Of a DNA stretch of 62,355 nucleotides, positions 1-8,659 are shown piece after piece. Source of the DNA: Acidimicrobiia bacterium (GTDB taxonomy: Bacteria > Actinomycetota > Acidimicrobiia > Spongiisociales > Spongiisociaceae); NCBI GenBank assembly GCA_041576165.1, contig JBFGLM010000027.1:1-62355 (forward strand), written 5' to 3'. Made by a program: the position numbers and the translations under genes. Every line of letters starts with the position of its first letter. Within the stretch, counting starts at the first letter, position 1. The notes below the pieces were generated by a model. That model had not been told where the DNA came from, ran no database searches, and saw nothing but the letters and a program-made list of their open reading frames with translations.

Positions 1-2
1 AT

Positions 3-719
3 TTCGTCGCCCGCGGACATGCCGCCGGGGTCGACGCGGCCATCGTGTGTGAGCCAGAAGGCGGCGAGGTCTGTGCCGTGCAGAAGGGAGCGATGCGCCT
101 GCGGATCGACCTGGCCGGCGAGATGGCCCACGGAGCGATGCCGCACGAGGGCCGCAACCCGCTGTTGGCAGCCAGCCGGTTCCTCGACGAGGTTGAGGCC
201 ATCGAAGCCGACCTCCAGGCCACCCACGGCGAGCACGAACACCTGGGTCACGTCTATCTCACCCCCACGCACGTGGCCGCCGGCTCGCTCCGCCAGCTCA
301 ATGTGATCCCCGGCGGCGGTTTGCTCACCCTCGACATCAGAACGCTGCCCGGAGTCGATCATCCCGCCCTGTTCGACCGGCTGCGGGCCGCGGCAACCGA
401 CGTCAGCGACGAGACCGGGGTCGATTTCGAGTTCTCCACCCTGGTCGATCGACCCCCAACCGAGACACCCATGGATCATCCGGTAGTGCAAGCGATCGCC
501 GACGCCCACCGGACCGTCACCGGGCAAGAACCCCGCTACGGCGGCGTCCCCGGCACCACCGACGGCACGATCCTGTGGCGCGACGCCGGCATCCCGGTCG
601 TCGTCTACGGCCCCGGCGACAAATGGATCGCCCACCAAAGAGACGAGTACGTCGAGATCGAGGATCTGGTGACTGCGGCGGAGGTCTATGTCGAAGCGGC
701 GGTGCGGTTCCTGCAGTAG
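3..719 (+). CDS. M20/ArgE/DapE family metallopeptidase (5'-truncated by the window edge)
   Basis: Frame is open from base 3 (FVARGHAAGVDAAIVCEPE); motifs AHGAMP, GRNP, NVIPG, DIRTLP, GTTDG, GPG..AHQRDE. Confidence 0.85.
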   Translation, partial: FVARGHAAGVDAAIVCEPEGGEVCAVQKGAMRLRIDLAGEMAHGAMPHEGRNPLLAASRFLDEVEAIEADLQATHGEHEHLGHVYLTPTHVAAGSLRQLNVIPGGGLLTLDIRTLPGVDHPALFDRLRAAATDVSDETGVDFEFSTLVDRPPTETPMDHPVVQAIADAHRTVTGQEPRYGGVPGTTDGTILWRDAGIPVVVYGPGDKWIAHQRDEYVEIEDLVTAAEVYVEAAVRFLQ

Positions 720-866
720 GCCGGGCCGGCGAAGCCCCGGGCCGGCGGCGGCGGATCGACATTGGGTGTCGGGCACAAGCCGTCCTGGAAGGCAGGTGCG
801 TTCGTCCCTTGCGCCAAGGCCCCTCCCGAGCCATGGTGTCCGGGGAAACGACACCACGAGGTTTCG

Positions 867-1337
867 ATGTCAGACAAGAAACCGAGGCTTCCACCCCGAT
901 GGTTCGTGCGTGCCGCGTGGTCGGTGCACCGAACTCTGTACCGCATCACCGGTGGCCGCTTCGGGTTGCGCCGCGCCAAGCCCGGCCGCTGGGGCATGAT
1001 GCGCCTCACCACGGTTGGGCGTCGCACCGGCCGGGAGCGGACCGTCATCCTGGGCTACTTCGATGACGGCCCAAATCTCGTGACGATGGCGATGAACGGT
1101 TGGGACACCCGGGAGCCGGCTTGGTGGCTCAACCTGCAGGCGCAACCCGAGGCCAGCGCCCATCTCGTTGGCGGGCGGCGCATGGTGCGCGGGAGAGCTG
1201 CTGAGGGTGAAGAGCGAGAGCGGCTCTGGGACCGCTGGAGGGAACTGGACAAGGACCTGGACGCTTACGCCGCCCTTCGCGCCTCGGAAACTGCGGTCGT
1301 TGTACTCGAACCTCTCGATAGCGCTCCCGCCCCCTGA
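867..1337 (+). CDS. Deazaflavin(F420)-dependent nitroreductase (DDN) family protein
   Basis: LTTVGRRTGRERT..LGY, M(A)MNGW...EPAWWLNL..P, Y..R.SE..VVVLEP; ATG at 867. Confidence 0.85.
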   Translation: MSDKKPRLPPRWFVRAAWSVHRTLYRITGGRFGLRRAKPGRWGMMRLTTVGRRTGRERTVILGYFDDGPNLVTMAMNGWDTREPAWWLNLQAQPEASAHLVGGRRMVRGRAAEGEERERLWDRWRELDKDLDAYAALRASETAVVVLEPLDSAPAP

Positions 1338-1352
1338 CCTACAGCCAGACCG

Positions 1353-1488
1353 GCGAAGCCGAAGGCGAGCTGGGGCGCCACGGCCAGGCCGCAGCCACGG
1401 CCACAGCCGGACCGGGCAAGCGAAGCCGAAGGCGAGCGGGGGGCGCCACAGCCCCAGCCCGACAGCGCGAGCGAAGCCGAAGGCGAGC
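1353..1488. repeat. Three exact copies of the 18-mer GCGAAGCCGAAGGCGAGC (REP-like palindromic repeats)
   Basis: Copies at 1353-1370, 1420-1437 and 1471-1488; the first two are followed by GGGGCGCCAC(G/A)GCC. Confidence 0.85.
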
Positions 1489-1630
1489 GGGCCAGCGAAA
1501 GGGGGGTGGGGAAACCGGCTCCAGCCGTCCCCCTCGCACTGGGACGGAGCGACCTGCGCGGTGCGGCCCAGCGAAAATGAACGCGGCCGAAGGCCGCTCA
1601 ATCAAAGAACGCCACCGAAGGTGGCGCCAC

Positions 1631-1654
1631 TCGCCGCCGGCCCGCCGGCGGCGA
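1631..1654 (-). terminator. GC-rich hairpin just downstream of tRNA-Arg
   Basis: TCGCCGCCGG-CCCG-CCGGCGGCGA perfect 10-bp stem; no clear U-tract. Confidence 0.5.
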
Positions 1655-1666
1655 AACTTCCAACGG

Positions 1667-1738
<72 letters not shown>

Positions 1739-1825
1739 TGTGTGCCGCAGTGTACCAGTGCGGTTGGGCCTGCCCGGCGGGAGCGCGTTGCGCCCACTGG
1801 TTCCAGAGGGGCACGACTGCCGGTA

Positions 1826-1999
1826 TGACCGGCGAGTGACACCCGGCCACGTTGGCTCGGCCAGATCGGGGATCTTGACGGATGGGAGCCGAGCCAGAGC
1901 GGGAACCGGTCACCTGCGACCCCAAGGGGGAAGGGGCGCACGGATGACCGGCTCACCGTCTTTGGTCCCGCTGTCTTTGGTTCGTTCACAGCTGGAAGC
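1826..1999 (-). ncRNA. Candidate structured sRNA with three hairpins and C-rich loops
   Basis: Hairpins at 1903-1954, 1853-1896 and 1826-1849; the G-U wobbles work only on the minus strand; TAACGT -10 candidate at 2006-2011. Confidence 0.4.
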
Positions 2000-2146
2000 G
2001 CTACCACGTTACCGGATGTCGATCATCTCATCGGGGAAGATCAGAGGCATTTTCTAATTCTCCCGGGGGACTAGTTCGAGCGTGGTTCTACGGATCTAGG
2101 GACGTGCACGCGCCCGGATGTCCCACGTTTCGTCCATAATTCAGCT

Positions 2147-2932
2147 ATGCGTGCAATCTGGAAAGGCGCAATCAGCTTCGGCCTGGTGACCATCCCGGTG
2201 GGGTTGTACTCGGCAACCGAGAACCGGCGGCCCAAGTTCAAGCTGCTGCGCGAAAAGGACCACAGTCCGGTCAAGTACAAGCGAGTGGCCGAATCCGATG
2301 GCGAGGAGGTGGCCTGGGAAGAAATCGTCCGGGGCTACGAGGTCGAAAAAGGCCGCTACGTCGTTTTCACCGACGACGAGTTGCAGGCGGCGTCGGAGAC
2401 CGGCAGCTCCAAGTTGGTTGACGTCGTCCAGTTCGTGGACGCCTCCGAGATCGATCCGATCCACTACCGACAGTCGTACTACCTCGCACCCGAGAAGACC
2501 GGGTTGAAGGCGTACCAGATACTCCTGCGGGCGCTGCAGGAAAAGGGCCGGGTAGGGCTGGCCAAGGTTGCGATTCGCGACAAAGAGCATTTAGCGACAT
2601 TGCGGGCCGACGGCGACGTGCTGGTCCTGGAGACGATGTTCTGGCCCGATGAGATCCGCACACCGGACTTCGATGAGCTCGAAACGGACGTGGACGTCCG
2701 CCAAGAAGAAGTGGCGATGGCCGAAATGATCATCGACAACCTCACGGCGGAATTCGAACCTTCGGCCTGGAAGGACGAGAGCCGGGAGGCAATCGAGGAA
2801 CTGGCCCGCAAGAAGATCGAGGGCGAAGAGATCGTCGCGCCGGAATCACCCGAGCCCACGAAGGTCGTGGATCTCCTCGACGCCCTCAAGGCCAGTGTCG
2901 AGGCCACCAAGGCAAAACGCGCAGCCAGCTGA
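2147..2932 (+). CDS. ku: Non-homologous end joining protein Ku
   Basis: MRAIWKGAISFGLVTIPV.LYSAT, IVRGYE, IDPI.Y..SYYLAP, VVDLLDALKAS. Confidence 0.97.
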   Translation: MRAIWKGAISFGLVTIPVGLYSATENRRPKFKLLREKDHSPVKYKRVAESDGEEVAWEEIVRGYEVEKGRYVVFTDDELQAASETGSSKLVDVVQFVDASEIDPIHYRQSYYLAPEKTGLKAYQILLRALQEKGRVGLAKVAIRDKEHLATLRADGDVLVLETMFWPDEIRTPDFDELETDVDVRQEEVAMAEMIIDNLTAEFEPSAWKDESREAIEELARKKIEGEEIVAPESPEPTKVVDLLDALKASVEATKAKRAAS

Positions 2933-3005
2933 CGGTCGAGCTGGTGGTTTGGTGCAACTCCAATCCCGGTACGATGCGGTTGTTCAGCGCCCAAGGAGTG
3001 ACGCC

Positions 3006-3236
3006 GTGCAGGTGAGAATCGGGATAGGTGATGGCGCCCGCGAGATGGATCTCGAGGTGGAGGACGCGGCCGGCGTCGCTGAGAGCATCGAAGCTGCCCT
3101 CACCGACGGCTTCAGCGGGCTGGTCTGGATCACCGATATCAGAGGTCGCCGGGTGGGGATACCCGGCAACCGGATCGCGTATCTAGAGATCGAATCGCAG
3201 GAAAAGGCCTCCGTAGGGTTCGGCGGTGGCGGCTGA
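3006..3236 (+). CDS. DUF3107 domain-containing protein
   Basis: MQVRIGI...RE..L, D.RGRRV.IP...IAYLEI...VGFG; SD AAGGAG before GTG at 3006. Confidence 0.85.
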   Translation: MQVRIGIGDGAREMDLEVEDAAGVAESIEAALTDGFSGLVWITDIRGRRVGIPGNRIAYLEIESQEKASVGFGGGG

Positions 3237-3280
3237 GCAGAATATCTCCCGAGCCGTGGGCTACGCCGGCCCACACTGCG

Positions 3281-3307
3281 GAAAGGCGCCGGACCCCGGC
3301 GCCTTTC
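3281..3307. terminator. Bidirectional intrinsic terminator between convergent DUF3107 and whiB genes
   Basis: GAAAGGCGCCGG-ACC-CCGGCGCCTTTC perfect stem. Confidence 0.7.
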
Positions 3308-3328
3308 GTTCGTTGGGTGCTATGAACT

Positions 3329-3607
3329 TCAGGAGGCGGCGGCCCGACGGCGGCGCTCGGCCAGCCACCGCTTGCGCAGCCGGCGACGCTCGTCTTCGGC
3401 ATACCCGCCCCACACGCCGGCCTCCTGATTGCTCTCCAGTGCATACTGGAGGCATTCCTCTTGGACGCCGCAAGAGGCACAGATGGCCTTCGCTTCGACG
3501 ATCTGTTCAACAGCGGGGCCGGTGGTGCCAATCGGGAAGAAGAGATTGGCCTCGGAGTCGCGGCAGGCGGCGAGATCTCGCCATTCAGTGACGGTTAGGG
3601 TCAGCAC
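3329..3607 (-). CDS. whiB1: WhiB family Fe-S transcriptional regulator (WhiB1/WblE-like)
   Basis: WR..AACR...LFFPIGTTGPA..Q..EAKAIC..C.V..ECL.YAL..NQ.AGVWGG..EDERR; four Cys; start GTG at 3607 inferred from SD GAGAGG. Confidence 0.9.
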   Translation of the reverse strand: MLTLTVTEWRDLAACRDSEANLFFPIGTTGPAVEQIVEAKAICASCGVQEECLQYALESNQEAGVWGGYAEDERRRLRKRWLAERRRRAAAS

Positions 3608-3639
3608 GTCAATTCCTCTCAAGTCCACGAATCAGGATC

Positions 3640-3657
3640 TAGTGAAAACTTTCACAA
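3640..3657. promoter_or_regulatory. Rex-operator / CRP-type palindrome upstream of whiB1
   Basis: TAGTGAA-AACT-TTCACAA: 13/14 match to Rex TTGTGAA-N4-TTCACAA and 9/10 to CRP TGTGA-N6-TCACA. Confidence 0.7.
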
Positions 3658-3789
3658 AGCCACTCAGATTCGCAGTGAATGTGTATAGGGGTGTCGGCCG
3701 AGACGATACCCACCCGCCCACGCCGCCGCAAGGGAAAATTTTCACTTGGTTTTAGCGATAAATATCGTCGAGGGGTAAAGGAGTTCGGT

Positions 3790-4476
3790 ATGGCGACGGA
3801 ACCCGGCGCGAAAACGCTGGTCGTGGGTCATCGGGGCAACCCCGCCCGCTTCCCCGATAACTCGATACAGGGGATCCTCGATGCTCGATCGGTCGCCGAC
3901 ATGGTGGAGATCGACGTACGGCGCACCGCGGACGGCATACTGGTGCTCAGCCATGACGCCCACATCGGAGACCGGGTCATCGTGGAGAGCGACTATGAGA
4001 GTTTCCCGGGCCTCGACCGCTTCACCGACCTGTTGGACGCGATCGGTTCCTTTCCGCTCAACATCGAGATCAAGAACTGGCCCGCGGACCCGGACTTCGA
4101 CCCGTCACTGGAGACCGCTCGACGTATAGCTGACCACGCGCGACCGATCGACTTGATCACATCGTTTCACTGGCCCACGGTTGAGGCCGTCCGCGCCACC
4201 CGTCCCGACGTTCCCACCGGTCTGCTGATCAATGGAGGGGGGCGCATCGACGAGGCATTGGCCGCCGCCCGGACCGGCGGGCACGAGGCGGTGGCACCTC
4301 ATTGGAGTCTGATCGAAGACCCGGATCTGGTGATGGCCGCTGCCGGCGGCCTGTCTGTCATCGCGTGGACGGTCAACGACGACAGCGTCGCCCGGCGGCT
4401 CATCGATGGTGGGATCACCGCCGTCATCTCGGACGATCCCGCCAGAATGCGCGAACTCGTAGAGGAGACCCCATGA
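3790..4476 (+). CDS. Glycerophosphodiester phosphodiesterase
   Basis: VVGHRG...PDNS, VEIDVRRTADG.LVLSHD, NIEIK, AWTVND, ISDDP. Confidence 0.92.
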   Translation: MATEPGAKTLVVGHRGNPARFPDNSIQGILDARSVADMVEIDVRRTADGILVLSHDAHIGDRVIVESDYESFPGLDRFTDLLDAIGSFPLNIEIKNWPADPDFDPSLETARRIADHARPIDLITSFHWPTVEAVRATRPDVPTGLLINGGGRIDEALAAARTGGHEAVAPHWSLIEDPDLVMAAAGGLSVIAWTVNDDSVARRLIDGGITAVISDDPARMRELVEETP

Positions 4477-4928
4477 CGATCCGAGACGAGCTCGCCGCTG
4501 AGCTCAAAGACGCCCTCAGGGCGAAAGACCGGCCCCGGCTCGACGTGATCCGTCAAATCACGACCGAAGTCTCGAAGGCGGCGGCGGCCCCCGGCTTCAC
4601 GGGCGAGCCGGACGACGACCTCTACAGGCAGCTCATCGCCGGGTACACCAAGAAGATGGAAAAGGCCCGGGCCGAGTACGAGGGCTACGGCGACCGGGGA
4701 GCCGAAATGGCGGCCAAACTCGCCTACGAGATCGAATACCTGTCCCGCTGGCTTCCGAAGGGTGCGTCGGAGGATGAAATCCGTGGGATCGTGGCGGAGG
4801 CCATCACCACCCTGGGCGCCACCGGTGCCACGCAGGCCGGCAGAGTCATCGGCCACATCATGAAGTCCCACGCCGGGCTCGACGGGGCGAAGGTGAACGC
4901 AGCCGTGCGCGAGGCGCTCGGCGGGTGA
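4473..4928 (+). CDS. GatB/YqeY domain-containing protein
   Basis: L.DALRAKD..RL..IR, E..YL..WLP...SEDEI, GRVIG..MK...DG..VN..VR; ATGA overlap with the upstream gene. Confidence 0.88.
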   Translation: MTIRDELAAELKDALRAKDRPRLDVIRQITTEVSKAAAAPGFTGEPDDDLYRQLIAGYTKKMEKARAEYEGYGDRGAEMAAKLAYEIEYLSRWLPKGASEDEIRGIVAEAITTLGATGATQAGRVIGHIMKSHAGLDGAKVNAAVREALGG

Positions 4929-4998
4929 TGCTGGGACCCACCGGCCATCAGCCGCGAATGGCCGCTGGTTTGACCATGAACGCCGGTCGCCGCGCCTC

Positions 4999-5955
4999 AT
5001 GATGTACGAACCGATGCTGGCGGTGAGCTGGGAACGCCCATTCTCCGACCCGGCCTGGGTGTTCGAGCCGAAATTCGACGGCGTGCGGGCCTTGGCACAT
5101 GTCGACGGCGACGATCTGGTAATCCGCTCCCGCAGCAGCCGAGTCATCACCGACACGTACCCGGAGCTTTCCAGTTTGCGTGGCAGGAAGCTGGTGCTGG
5201 ACGGCGAGATCGTTGCATATGACGAACGGGGGCGACCGTCGTTTGAACGGCTCCAGGGACGGATACATGCCCGGGGCCGACGCGCTCTCGAGCTGAGCGC
5301 GACCATCCCCATCGGCTATCTGGTGTTCGACCTGCTGGACCTGGACGGCCGCCCCCGAATCGAGCTTCCGATCGAGGCCCGGGCTGAACTCTTGGCCGGC
5401 CTCGAGCTGCCGGACTGCGCCGTGCGAGTCGAACAGATCGCCGAACACGGCGAAGCCCTGTTCGACGCCGTGGGCGCCCGAGGGCTGGAAGGGATGGTGG
5501 CCAAGCGGCTTGGGTCCCCGTACCGGCCGGGCGTGCGCAGCGCCGACTGGCGCAAGGTGCCCCATGTCCGACGCGTGCGGGCCGTGGTCGGGGGCTTCAC
5601 ACCCGGGGAGGGAGGCCGTTCGGGCAGTTTCGGGGCGCTGCTGATCGGCATGTGGGACGGCCCCCGCCTCCGTTGGGCGGGCGGGGTGGGTACCGGTTTC
5701 GACACGAAGACGCTACGGGCGATCCGGGCTGCACTCGACGAGATGACCACCGACGCCTGCCCCTTCCATCCGGGTCGAGACCTGCCCCGGGATGCAGTCT
5801 GGGTCGATCCGCAACTGGTCGCCGAGATTGCCTTCAAGGAGTGGACCTCGGTCGGCCGTCTCCGCGCCCCCTCCTTCAAGGGTTTCTCCGACCAGCCGGT
5901 CTCCTCCATCACCTGGGAGGCGGAGGGCGGCCCGGCGGAACCATCTGCCAAATAG
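4999..5955 (+). CDS. ligD: ATP-dependent DNA ligase (stand-alone LigD ligase domain)
   Basis: PMLA, FEPKFDGVR (adenylated Lys), LDGEIV, FDLL, EGMVAKR..SPYRPG.RS.DW.K, GTGF, RLRAPSFKG. Confidence 0.9.
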   Translation: MMYEPMLAVSWERPFSDPAWVFEPKFDGVRALAHVDGDDLVIRSRSSRVITDTYPELSSLRGRKLVLDGEIVAYDERGRPSFERLQGRIHARGRRALELSATIPIGYLVFDLLDLDGRPRIELPIEARAELLAGLELPDCAVRVEQIAEHGEALFDAVGARGLEGMVAKRLGSPYRPGVRSADWRKVPHVRRVRAVVGGFTPGEGGRSGSFGALLIGMWDGPRLRWAGGVGTGFDTKTLRAIRAALDEMTTDACPFHPGRDLPRDAVWVDPQLVAEIAFKEWTSVGRLRAPSFKGFSDQPVSSITWEAEGGPAEPSAK

Positions 5956-5978
5956 CGATATTTTACCATATTTACAGA

Positions 5979-6008
5979 TTGACAAAGGTTTATTTAGAGC
6001 GATATTGT
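5979..6008 (+). promoter_or_regulatory. SigA-type promoter of the LysM gene (probably leaderless)
   Basis: TTGACA (5979-5984), 18-bp spacer, TATTGT (6003-6008), GTG start 6 nt later. Confidence 0.65.
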
Positions 6009-6014
6009 CCTTCT

Positions 6015-6821
6015 GTGATCCAGACAGTTCGCTGCCAGACCGAGAACCCGTCCGCCCCCCGACGCACACAGGTCGGACGAGCACGGGTCGGGCTGGTGAT
6101 GCTGGTAGCGGCCGACGTGGCGGTGCTGGTCGCTCTCCACGGCGCCGCCCGATGGGCGTCGGTCGATTGGCTGGATCGAAGCAGCTGGACGGCGACACCG
6201 CCTGACGTGGTAGCGGCCGCAGCCGTGCGGCTCGCCGCCCTCGGTGCCGCCTACTGGATAGCGGCAGTCATCGCCTGGGCGGTCCTGACGCATCGGCGGC
6301 CCGCTGCCACCTGCGCCCGGCACTGGACGGCGCTCCCCGGAATTCGTCGCCTGGTCGATCGCGCTCTCACCGTCGGCCTCGCAGCCTCGACTCTGCTGGC
6401 GCCGGCCACGGCGTCCGCAGTGCAAACACCCCCGATCCCCGTCATCGTCGAATCCGAGACCTTGACCGAACCGCGGCCCGCCACCGAGGCGCCGGCGGCA
6501 ACCGCCTCTGTTCGCGCCGCCCCCAGCCAACTGCCCCGTCCGCTCCCCGAAATCGCCGTTCCGGCCGGAACGGCTCGGGCGCCCGCGGCGGCGGCTCAGA
6601 GCCCCGAAGCACCGGCCCGCACCCACACCGTGCAACCGGGTGAGCACATGTGGCTGATCGCCGCCCGGCATCTCGAATCGCTCGGCGCCCCCGCCTCCGA
6701 TTCCGATGTTGCGCCATATTGGGTCCGGATGATCGACGCCAACTGCGCAGTGATCCGGTCCGGCGACCCGGACCTGATCTATCCGGGCGAGGTGCTGGCG
6801 CTGCCCGAGGTGGCCGGATGA
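6015..6821 (+). CDS. LysM peptidoglycan-binding membrane protein
   Basis: N-terminal hydrophobic segments, Pro/Ala linker, C-terminal HTVQPGEHMW.IA...I.AN...I.SGDPDLIYPGEVL.LP. Confidence 0.85.
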   Translation: MIQTVRCQTENPSAPRRTQVGRARVGLVMLVAADVAVLVALHGAARWASVDWLDRSSWTATPPDVVAAAAVRLAALGAAYWIAAVIAWAVLTHRRPAATCARHWTALPGIRRLVDRALTVGLAASTLLAPATASAVQTPPIPVIVESETLTEPRPATEAPAATASVRAAPSQLPRPLPEIAVPAGTARAPAAAAQSPEAPARTHTVQPGEHMWLIAARHLESLGAPASDSDVAPYWVRMIDANCAVIRSGDPDLIYPGEVLALPEVAG

Positions 6822-7294
6822 GCGCCATCGTCACTCCGATCCCCGAGCCGCTGCCGGCCCCCGGCGTCCCGGAGCTTTCGGCCGAGCCGAGCCGGTCCCG
6901 CTACTTCCGACCGGTGGCGGCGGCGGTGGTGCTCACCCTGCTGGCACTCGCGACGATCGTCGCCTGGGAGCGGCTGGCACCGGATCCGTCGCCGTCCGCC
7001 ATGGATCCTTCCGCCGCCAGCCTGCAGTGGATGTTCGAGGCCACGCTCACCTATCCGGGCGCCAGCCGCAATGGTGGCGCTTCCCCTCCCCCCTTCGACG
7101 AATTCTCCGTCCAAGCGGTGACCATCGTCGACCCGGCGTCCGGACCGATCCTGGTCGTGGGTCGAGCGACGCAACCGGACGGCACTGTCGAGGATGTCAC
7201 GTACCGAATAGAGGTCATCCGGACGGGGGACGGCTGGGCGGTCGAGGCCCGTCGAATGATCGCCGCCGAACGTCTCAACCGGGGAGAAAGCTGA
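6818..7294 (+). CDS. Hypothetical single-TM protein coupled to the LysM gene
   Basis: ATGA overlap with the LysM stop codon; hydrophobic VAAAVVLTLLALATIVAW. Confidence 0.6.
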   Translation: MSAIVTPIPEPLPAPGVPELSAEPSRSRYFRPVAAAVVLTLLALATIVAWERLAPDPSPSAMDPSAASLQWMFEATLTYPGASRNGGASPPPFDEFSVQAVTIVDPASGPILVVGRATQPDGTVEDVTYRIEVIRTGDGWAVEARRMIAAERLNRGES

Positions 7295-7679
7295 GACGAA
7301 CGCTGCGGGTGCGATTGTCGCCATTGGGGTCGACAAGACACACCGACTGCCAGGTGCCCAACGCCAGCGATCCCCCCATCACGGGAATCGTGATGCTCGG
7401 GCTGATGAATGCCGGCAGCACATGGTCGACCCCGTGCCCCGGCGAACCGTGCCGGTGCAGCCACCGATCGTCGCGAGGAAACAGGCTTTCGAGATGATTG
7501 AGCAGGTCGGTGTCCGAACCGGCTCCGGTTTCGATGATGGCCACGCCGGCGGTGGCATGCGGGACGAAGACCGAAAGGATGCCGTCACCCCGACCACCGA
7601 CGAAATCGCCGAGCTGCCGGGTCAGATCGACGACCGTGGGGCTGGCGCCGGTTTCGAGGTGGAGCACTGTGCTCTCCAC
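7275..7679 (-). CDS. yjbQ: YjbQ/UPF0047 family protein
   Basis: FVPHATAG..IIE, HRHGSPGHG.DH, LALGTWQS..LVD.N. Confidence 0.9.
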   Translation of the reverse strand: MESTVLHLETGASPTVVDLTRQLGDFVGGRGDGILSVFVPHATAGVAIIETGAGSDTDLLNHLESLFPRDDRWLHRHGSPGHGVDHVLPAFISPSITIPVMGGSLALGTWQSVCLVDPNGDNRTRSVRLSFLPG

Positions 7680-7680
7680 G

Positions 7681-8652
7681 TCAGATGTTCTCTCCCAGGA
7701 AGATGTCGCTGACCGAGCTGTCCATGAAGATCGCCTGCAGCGCCTCCGCCACGATCGGTGCTACCGACAGGATCTTGAGGTTGTCCAGCTTGGTGGCGTC
7801 ATCTGGGATGGGCAGAGTATTGGTGACGATCACCTCGTCCAGCGGCGCATTCTTCAATCGATCGATCGCAGGGCCGGACAGGATCCCGTGCGTGGCGGCA
7901 ACCCGAACACTACGAGCCCCCTTGTCGCGCAGCAGTCGGGCTCCATTCGTGACCGTGCCGGCGGTGTCGATCATGTCGTCGATGATCACGACGTGGCGAC
8001 CACGGACCGCACCGATCACGGCCATGGCCCTGGACCTGTTGTGCTCGTCCACTTCACGGCGTTTGTGAATGAACGCGACATATGCGTCGAGGTGGCGGGC
8101 GAATCGCTCGGCCCGCTTCACCCCTCCAGCGTCGGGCGACACGATCGTCGTTGGCCCATCGAGCTGATCCTTGAGGTGATCCAGAAAGATCGGCATCGCC
8201 GTGAGGTGGTCGAATGGCATGTCGACGAAACCCTGGATCTGACCCGTATGGAGGTCGACCGAAACTACGCGATCGGCGCCGGCGGTCACCAGCAGGTCGC
8301 CCATCAAGCGGGCGCTGATCGGCTCCCGGGGCAGGACCTTCTTGTCCTGGCGAGCGTATCCGTAGGAAGGCACCACCGCCGTGATCCGGCGAGCCGACGC
8401 TCGCTTGAGGGCGTCGATCATGATCAGCTGCTCCATGATGTGATAGTTGATCGGATCCGAATGGCTCTGGATCACAAAGCAGTCCGCGCCCCGGACACTC
8501 TCGGCCGGGCGCACGTAGATCTCACCGTTGGCGAACACCGAGCGCCGGCACTCACCGACTCTCACGCCGAGCTCGTCGGCCACTTCATCGGCCAGCTGGG
8601 GATTCGCCGATCCGCTGAAGAGCATGAACCGTTTGCGGTTGACCAACTCCAT
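7681..8652 (-). CDS. prs: Ribose-phosphate pyrophosphokinase
   Basis: FANGEIYVR..ESVRG, YGYARQDKK, DLHTGQIQGF, VSPDAGG, IIDDMIDTAGT. Confidence 0.98.
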   Translation of the reverse strand: MELVNRKRFMLFSGSANPQLADEVADELGVRVGECRRSVFANGEIYVRPAESVRGADCFVIQSHSDPINYHIMEQLIMIDALKRASARRITAVVPSYGYARQDKKVLPREPISARLMGDLLVTAGADRVVSVDLHTGQIQGFVDMPFDHLTAMPIFLDHLKDQLDGPTTIVSPDAGGVKRAERFARHLDAYVAFIHKRREVDEHNRSRAMAVIGAVRGRHVVIIDDMIDTAGTVTNGARLLRDKGARSVRVAATHGILSGPAIDRLKNAPLDEVIVTNTLPIPDDATKLDNLKILSVAPIVAEALQAIFMDSSVSDIFLGENI

Positions 8653-8659
8653 CCGAGCG

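Noticed and set aside
1353-1488. Possible mini CRISPR array
   Set aside because: Only three 18-bp repeats, unequal spacers (49 and 33 nt) that resemble each other, and no cas genes in the window
2076-2090. LexA/SOS box upstream of ku (TCGAGCGTGGTTCTA)
   Set aside because: Wrong spacer length and two mismatches to TCGAAC-N4-GTTCGA
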